Below are positions 61,961 through 64,000 of a stretch of DNA of 64,000 nucleotides, in pieces. Every line of letters begins with the position of its first letter. Position 1 is the first letter of the stretch. The position numbers were made by a program, and so were the translations under genes. Source of the stretch: Takakia lepidozioides (lineage: Eukaryota > Plantae > Bryophyta); contig CM060734.1 in assembly GCA_030704615.1 (NCBI GenBank), positions 52,638,001-52,702,000 on the forward strand, read 5' to 3'. The notes under the pieces were generated by a model that searched no databases, was not told the DNA's origin, and saw nothing but the letters and a program-made list of their open reading frames with translations.

Positions 61961-62093
61961 TTTGCTGCGGCAATGCTGGGACAAGGACCCCAATGAGTGC
62001 CCAACCTTTGCAAGCATCATTGTGCGCTTGGAGGCCATTCTATCAAATCGAGAAAAATTCGGAAGTCCCATGGAAATATTTCCGGGAAATTGA
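61961..62093 (+). pseudogene. Orphan last exon of a Raf-like/TKL protein kinase
   Basis: After a CAG acceptor: LLRQCWDKDPNECPTFASIIVRLEAIL, the subdomain XI pattern CW..DP..RPTF with Arg replaced by Cys. Confidence 0.7.
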
Positions 62094-62973
62094 TGTACCA
62101 TTCTCTGATTTTGCAACCTCACCTTTCAAATAGTGGATAGCTTCCAGTCAAGGCTCTACATGTATATTTTGTAAGAATATAATTACTCCTCTAGTTGCCT
62201 CTTATAGAAATGAGCGTATGCAATATTCAAACACTTTCAATTGGTGATACTTGTACACCAATGCTGAAAAAGTTAAAATTTTGGGGTTGGTCTTTTACAG
62301 ACTGAAATGCGTCTGTGTGACCTCTTAGGGCCTCTACTTGTACTTAGCCCTTGGCAAAGCCTGCCTAGTATGAAAAGCGCAGACCTCTTGGGCGTGATGT
62401 GGCACAAAGAAGCTGTTAAGATGAATCAATCTGTCACTCCACTTCTTTTCTCTTTTTCAAGCCTTTGTCATCCTTTGGGGGAAAAGGGCCGGTAAGAAGC
62501 CCTACATCTCTCCCACAAACTGTCACAAGGAGAAGAGTGTACGTGGATTGGAGGGAGCAGACTGCAGTTGAAGCTTCACAACTAATTCACTCCTTTCCCC
62601 TTTTCTTATTTTCACTCCTCCCAGACTAAAAGGTTTTAAAAGCAAAGCAGAGTGGAGGGATTGTCTAATTTCCTAAACTTCCCCGGTTCAGACTGGCTAC
62701 TCAAATGGCTACTCAAGGCTGTCTCTCTAATCAAGCTCATTACAGATCATATTCACTTTCATTTTCAAGCTTTGAGGAAGCTCCACCATCCACACCAGAA
62801 TTAGGACCACACTCTGATTTCCCACTACGGGCTATCAGAAGGTTGATATGCCAGATGAATGCCCTCAACAGTACATCATAGCCATATATCTCAGGAAATG
62901 GTAGATCAACCAAGTAGCTACGCAGATCAATGAATGAAGCAAGACACTCGCACCTTTCTAGTAACACATCGTT

Positions 62974-64000
62974 TCACCAGTAATCCCCACAAGAGCAAAC
63001 CCCATCTTCGAAATGGTGAAAGCGGTTAGCATCCCGTACAACAATTACTCGGCCAACAATCTTGGAGATGAACTTGATGGCGGTGTGACAGTCGCCACAC
63101 ACCCGAAGATTCTTGATGAGACGGAGAGGGGTCCCACGGGCCGTGCTGATCAGCCCAAAACCAATGGCCAGCTTCTCACTGTGGTGGCAAAGACAAAATT
63201 CCTTCTGCTCCTCACCCACATCATGCAATACAAAGCGCGTGTCAGGCACATACCCTGCCTCCTTCATCTCCCCTGACAATCTCCTCAGCTCAGCATGGAT
63301 ATCCTCAATTTTTGGATGCAATCTGTCATCTACAACAAAGGTGTGCACCCTGTTGTTGACCTCAATGCAGCAGCAACCTGGCTCCTTTCTGACCCCTCTG
63401 GCCTTCATTAATTTTCTCACCTTTGCACTATCATCCCACCTGCCAGCTGCGGCATAGATGTTTGATAGCAACACATAAGTTGCAGCGTCCTGTTCATCCC
63501 ACTTGAGAATAGATGTTGCCGCACGTTCAGCTATCTCCACATTGCAATGGATCCTGCAGGCCCCAAGCAAGGCCCGCCACACCACATCATTTGGTTTGAT
63601 TGGCATTTTGTTAATAAAGTCCTCTGCCTCATCCAATTGCCCCGCCCGGCCAAGAAGATCCACCATGCAGCCAAAGTGTTCCAGTGCTGGAGTGATGCCA
63701 TGATCTTGACTCAGGGAGTCAAAGTAGTATCTGCCTTCATCCACTAGACCAGCATGGCTACATGCAGAGAGAACACATATAAAAGTGATACTATTCAGCT
63801 TCAAGCCTTCCGCTTGCATTTCTTTCAATAGTTGCAGGACCTCCATATCATAACCATGCTGGGCATATCCTGCGATCATCACATTCCAGGACACAAGATT
63901 TCGTTCAGCCATATTGTCAAACACTCCCTTTGCATCCTTTATGCTTCCACCTTTGGCGTACATGTCCACGAGGGTATTGTTCAGAATGACATCTGGTACG
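62974..64000 (-). CDS. PLS-class PPR protein with E and DYW deaminase domains (organellar RNA editing factor), 5'-partial
   Basis: Frame is open to the window end; SACSHAGLVDEG, VWRALLGACRIH, YVLLSNIYAAAGRW, HSEKLA, NLRVCGDCH, RFHHF.DG.CSCGDYW. Confidence 0.96.
   Translation of the reverse strand, partial: VPDVILNNTLVDMYAKGGSIKDAKGVFDNMAERNLVSWNVMIAGYAQHGYDMEVLQLLKEMQAEGLKLNSITFICVLSACSHAGLVDEGRYYFDSLSQDHGITPALEHFGCMVDLLGRAGQLDEAEDFINKMPIKPNDVVWRALLGACRIHCNVEIAERAATSILKWDEQDAATYVLLSNIYAAAGRWDDSAKVRKLMKARGVRKEPGCCCIEVNNRVHTFVVDDRLHPKIEDIHAELRRLSGEMKEAGYVPDTRFVLHDVGEEQKEFCLCHHSEKLAIGFGLISTARGTPLRLIKNLRVCGDCHTAIKFISKIVGRVIVVRDANRFHHFEDGVCSCGDYW

Overview
Eukaryotic nuclear DNA from a land plant. 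PLS-DYW PPR genes, a thylakoid TatB/HCF106 gene and intron-rich genes are present; the transposon mix hints at a non-seed plant, which is an inference. In order: (1) three intronless S-protein-homologue (SPH/S1) genes interrupted by a full-length but decayed Ty1/copia element with a half-tRNA-type PBS. (2) A head-to-head MCM9/ICMT gene pair whose shared promoter and 5' exons are inverted. ICMT exon 1 now sits in frame upstream of MCM9 exons 9-20 (- strand), and MCM9 exons 1-8 point into the last ICMT exons (+ strand), which contain a U12-type AT-AG intron. (3) An apparently intact 9-exon GH3 beta-glucosidase with a 298-bp foldback element and a TTAA-flanked piggyBac-like MITE upstream. (4) Two PPR pseudogenes, one fused in frame to a duplicated GH3 3' end. 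(5) A truncated EAF1 pseudogene hosting a nested, frameshifted secreted Gly/Pro-rich repeat gene. (6) HCF106/TatB. (7) A decayed Ty3/gypsy element with an extra 5' ORF, a -1 frameshift heptamer and a dUTPase-like domain. (8) An orphan kinase exon and a PPR-E-DYW editing factor running off the window end. Overall this is a rearranged, pseudogene-rich block. Exon boundaries were read by hand and family assignments come from recalled motifs, not database searches.
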